Made by a program: the position numbers and the translations under genes. From NCBI GenBank assembly GCA_963706325.1, contig CAVPLT010000005.1, positions 128,001 through 192,000 of the forward strand: 64,000 bases of DNA. Direction: 5' to 3'. Position 1 is the first letter of the stretch. Each line of letters starts with the position of its first letter. The stretch comes from an uncultured Nitrospiraceae bacterium. Lineage in GTDB: Bacteria; Nitrospirota; Nitrospiria; Nitrospirales; Nitrospiraceae. Of the stretch, positions 60,443-64,000 are shown in pieces. The notes beneath the pieces were generated by a model. That model was not told the DNA's origin and did no database searches. It was given only the letters and a program-made list of their open reading frames with translations.

Positions 60443-62875
60443 ATGCAATCTGACAAGCTTCAGCGTGAAGCGGCCAAGGTCCTGGAATGGGGCAAGTTAT
60501 TAGAGGTCCTCGCCTCTTGTGCTCAGTCGACGGTTGGCGCTGAGCATTGCCGGTCGATGCGTTTGGAGCAAGATTTTACGGAGGCCCTGCTGCGCCAACA
60601 GGAAACGTCCGACATGGTGCTTTTGAGAGCCGCCGTCGATCCCTTTCCACAGCTTCAATTTCCCCCGGTGACTGCATGGTTGGGACGAGCAGCCAAGGGC
60701 GCCTGCTTGGAGGTCCATGAGTTGCGCGATATTGGCCTGGTGCTGGAGCTGATCGAAGAGGTTCAGCGATATCTCTTGCGGCATCAAGCCGACGCGCCGA
60801 CCATGACCGCGATGATCACGCGGTTTGGGCCGGTGGCGGAGTTTCGTGAGTTGTTAGTCGAGCTAAATGCCGCCATCGATCGAGATGGGTCAATGCGCGA
60901 GTCGGCCAGTCCGGAATTACAGCGACTGATGCGTCGCGCGAACGATCTCAAGCAGCACATGCGACATCGTCTCGACCAGATTTTACATTCCCGCCGGTAC
61001 GAGGGCGTCCTGCAGGAAGACTATTTCGCGCAACGAGAAGGGCGCTATGTAGTCCCGATTAAGACCGACATGCAGGGAAAAATTCCCGGCATTGTGCATG
61101 ATGTCTCGGCGAGCGGCGCGACCTTGTTTCTAGAGCCCCGCGAACTTGTCGAGCTCAATAATTCCATCAAGGTTGTGGATCTCGAGGTGGAACGTGAAGT
61201 GCGAAGAATCTTGAGGGAGCTGTCTGCCATGATCGCTCCCCATACGGCTGCTTTGGAAGGGAGCGTGGCACTTCTCGGAGAACTGGACGCCATCTCAGCG
61301 AAGGCGGACCTGAGTCAACGGCTTCATGCGGTTCCCCCACGCCTCAACGATGAGGGCCGCGTGGTGCTTAAGCAGGCGCGCCACCCGTTTCTTGTCCTTA
61401 CCAAAGAGCAGGTGGTGCCGAATGACCTGGTACTGGATGAGACGGTGCGGGTCCTTATCATTTCCGGTCCGAACAGCGGCGGGAAAACCGTCACCTTGAA
61501 GTTGCTGGGGTTGTTTTCCCTCATGGTGCGCTGCGGGCTGCATCTGCCTTGCGCGCTCGAGTCGGAGATGGCCATCTTCCCCTCGGTCTATGCTGATATC
61601 GGCGACGCGCAGGACTTAGCGCGAGACCTATCCAGTTTTTCTGCCCACATCACTCAGATGGTGCAGCTCCTGCGGGAAGTCTCGGTAGAACCGAAATCGG
61701 ACCGTGAGGACAGTCCCCTGCAGGTTGGGCGAGCGCTTGTGCTGCTGGATGAGCCCGTGACATCCACTGATCCCGCCGAAGGAGCCGCGCTGGCGAGCGC
61801 GCTCCTCTGCCGTCTGGCGGCAGGAGGAGTAAAGGTGGTGGCCACGACGCACTACAGCCTCTTGAAAGGCTTGGCCCAAGAGACGCCTGGGTTTGCCAAT
61901 GCAAGCGTGGAATTCAACTTGGACACACTTTCACCAACGTACCGTCTGATACTTGGACAGCCGGGTGGGTCCGCGGCCATCGAGATTGCCGGGCGTCTGG
62001 GGATGGACCAGGCGCTTTTGGAGGAGGCCCGTACGCGCTTGCAGGGAGACAACCGGCTGCTCGAAACTTTGTTGAACGACCTGCAAGACAAACAGCGGCG
62101 ATTAAGCGACGACATGGCCGCCGCGAGTCTGGCGAAGCAGGCTGCTGAGCAGGCTGCGCGTCAAGCACAGGAATTACTGACCTACGTGCAGGAATCGGAA
62201 CGAGATGAAAGGTTAGGGTTTAAGAAAAAACTGTCCCAAGAGTTTCAGCGGGCCCGAGCGGCGGTTCAAACCACTCTCGATGACCTGAAGCGCGATCAAA
62301 CATTATTGAAGGCCAAGGAAATTAAAGTCCGGTTGGTCGAATTGGAGGAGAAAGTCAGGCGGGAGGTTGCCGAATCGCAGGAGCCGATTCCCGTGGAGCA
62401 CCTGTCGGTCGGGGATGCGGTTGAAGTGGTCGGGTTGGGTATGACCGGAACCTTGCTTGAATGCCCCCAAGGAAAAAAACGGGTGCGGTTGAAAGTCGGA
62501 GATGGGGACATCTTAGCTAACGTTGCCAGTTTGACGGGAATCGCACGCTCTTCCCAGCCTGCGCGAAATGAACCCGGCAAAGTAATCCCCGCTCCGCTGC
62601 GGCGAGAGGGCCAGACGCTGGCGCACGAGGATATCCAAGAAACGTTTGATGTGCGCGGCCAGACTACGGACGATGCGTTGGATGTCGTCGTGGCGGGGCT
62701 TGATCGCGCGATTCTAGGTGGAAGCCCCTTTGTGCGCGTCATTCACGGGCATGGTACCGGACGCCTCAGGGCAGCATTGCGCGAATATTTGAAATCGTCT
62801 CCCTACGTCGTGAGATTTAGGCCGGGCGACCGCGCTGAGGGAGGAGACGGAGTCACGGTTGTCGAGTTGCGATAA
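60443..62875 (+). CDS. mutS2: Endonuclease MutS2
   Basis: GIVHDVSASGATLF, GPNSGGKT, LSSFSAH, TTHY, C-terminal Smr (IHGHGTG). Confidence 0.94.
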   Translation: MQSDKLQREAAKVLEWGKLLEVLASCAQSTVGAEHCRSMRLEQDFTEALLRQQETSDMVLLRAAVDPFPQLQFPPVTAWLGRAAKGACLEVHELRDIGLVLELIEEVQRYLLRHQADAPTMTAMITRFGPVAEFRELLVELNAAIDRDGSMRESASPELQRLMRRANDLKQHMRHRLDQILHSRRYEGVLQEDYFAQREGRYVVPIKTDMQGKIPGIVHDVSASGATLFLEPRELVELNNSIKVVDLEVEREVRRILRELSAMIAPHTAALEGSVALLGELDAISAKADLSQRLHAVPPRLNDEGRVVLKQARHPFLVLTKEQVVPNDLVLDETVRVLIISGPNSGGKTVTLKLLGLFSLMVRCGLHLPCALESEMAIFPSVYADIGDAQDLARDLSSFSAHITQMVQLLREVSVEPKSDREDSPLQVGRALVLLDEPVTSTDPAEGAALASALLCRLAAGGVKVVATTHYSLLKGLAQETPGFANASVEFNLDTLSPTYRLILGQPGGSAAIEIAGRLGMDQALLEEARTRLQGDNRLLETLLNDLQDKQRRLSDDMAAASLAKQAAEQAARQAQELLTYVQESERDERLGFKKKLSQEFQRARAAVQTTLDDLKRDQTLLKAKEIKVRLVELEEKVRREVAESQEPIPVEHLSVGDAVEVVGLGMTGTLLECPQGKKRVRLKVGDGDILANVASLTGIARSSQPARNEPGKVIPAPLRREGQTLAHEDIQETFDVRGQTTDDALDVVVAGLDRAILGGSPFVRVIHGHGTGRLRAALREYLKSSPYVVRFRPGDRAEGGDGVTVVELR

Positions 62876-62982
62876 GGATAAGAGGATGGCGGCCTGCGAG
62901 GGCTATGTGTGAAAGCCTCCATTGGGCGCCAGCTTCCACTGGAGCGACCTCGATCTTGGCAGGATGCCTGTAGCGGCAAGCC

Positions 62983-64000
62983 TTACTCTGCCGCAGTGGG
63001 ACGGAAGCGGAAGGTACAGGTTGTTCCCACTCCTGGCGTGCTCGTCACTGCCAGGTTGCCTTCGTTGTCTTCGACCAGACGCTTGACGTTCGTCAGTCCC
63101 AAGCCGGTTCCATATTCCTTTGTCGTGAAGAAGGGTTCGCAGATCCGTGAGAGGTGATCAGGGGCAATGCCGCTGCCGCTATCAGTGACCTTCATGTGCA
63201 CGTCACCCTGCGCTCCCATGCAAGTTCTCAAGCTCAGTTGCCCGCCTTCCGGCATCGCTTCTCGGGCATTGATCAACAGGTTCATCAAGGCCTCCTTGAT
63301 CTGCTCCGGATCGACTTGAATCGCAGGAAGGTTTTGTTCGAACCGGTGCGTGACACGAATGTGTCCATGTCCCCCCTGTGCCTCCCACTGCCGTTGTGCC
63401 GCTCGCATCACATTTTCTGCGGCGACGACCTTTTTGTCAGGCGGTTTTTGTCTGGCATACCGAAGAAAGTCGTGAATGCGGTGCGAGAGTTTGTCGACCT
63501 CCTCAATGATGTAACGCGCCATTTCCTGCCGGATGGCCTCTTCTTGCGGTCCGTCAAGTATGAGTTGCGCACTGCTCCGAATCACCCCAAGTGGGTTTCG
63601 CAGATCATGGGCCAACGCGGCGAGGAGTTGTCCCACGGACGCGAGTTTTTCTCGTCGAATCAACTCATCTTGTTGTGAGCGGATCGTCCGAAGGTTGTCT
63701 TCCAACACCTGTCGCATGGCCGCAAAACTTGTGGCCAGGTCTTCAATCTCATCTCCCGTATGAAATTCCCGCGGTAAGACAGGGGTGAGGCCGGTGTGGG
63801 TGCCGTGGGGGTGCATGGTCAGCGTGTGGCGGAGCCCCTCTGCGTCACGCTGTAGCGCCGTGAGCGGTTTCACGACACGGTAGCCGACGAGAAATCCGAA
63901 AACGGAGAGGACGAGCACCAGTCCGAAGCCGAGCATCCCGACAGTCACCAGGAGTGAATAGATGGGAGCATACGTTTCATCCGGCGCCTGCCGGATGAAG
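62983..64000 (-). CDS. Membrane sensor histidine kinase (5' end outside the window)
   Basis: TM + HAMP, AHDLRNPL H-box, NLLINA, DSGSGI, PFFTTK, GTGLGL. Confidence 0.92.
   Translation of the reverse strand, partial: FIRQAPDETYAPIYSLLVTVGMLGFGLVLVLSVFGFLVGYRVVKPLTALQRDAEGLRHTLTMHPHGTHTGLTPVLPREFHTGDEIEDLATSFAAMRQVLEDNLRTIRSQQDELIRREKLASVGQLLAALAHDLRNPLGVIRSSAQLILDGPQEEAIRQEMARYIIEEVDKLSHRIHDFLRYARQKPPDKKVVAAENVMRAAQRQWEAQGGHGHIRVTHRFEQNLPAIQVDPEQIKEALMNLLINAREAMPEGGQLSLRTCMGAQGDVHMKVTDSGSGIAPDHLSRICEPFFTTKEYGTGLGLTNVKRLVEDNEGNLAVTSTPGVGTTCTFRFRPTAAE

Overview
64 kb of chromosomal DNA from a moderately GC-rich bacterium. Gene content, gene order and protein style resemble Nitrospira; this is inference only, no search was run. 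Most of the window is housekeeping: thiC and thi4 under a TPP riboswitch, nadA (split by a +1 frameshift), ileS-lspA, uppP, a MacAB-like exporter, class 1A pyrD, bioB, rplU-rpmA-obgE-proB-nadD-rsfS-lapB, ilvE, gap-pgk-tpiA-secG, mutS2 and a partial histidine kinase. Accessory highlights: (1) a compact LbH acyltransferase / TPR-FkbH / MaoC-SDR fusion / ACP / orphan Wzt cluster. It looks like a stand-alone glyceryl-to-lactyl-ACP pathway for acylating a surface glycan and is preceded by three 14-bp boxes phased exactly 22 bp apart. (2) Six copies of a modular, palindromic 120-290 bp element. Every copy touches a stop codon, and the stems show compensatory changes. (3) A small plasticity island (24.4-27.6 kb) with two dead DUF1272 copies and an AT-richer SEC-C plus putative PD-(D/E)xK nuclease gene. 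(4) An excisionase-like HTH - mraZ - rusA operon outside the dcw cluster. (5) A non-Cys (His-type) Thi4. No rRNA, tRNA, CRISPR array or intact transposase was recognised.
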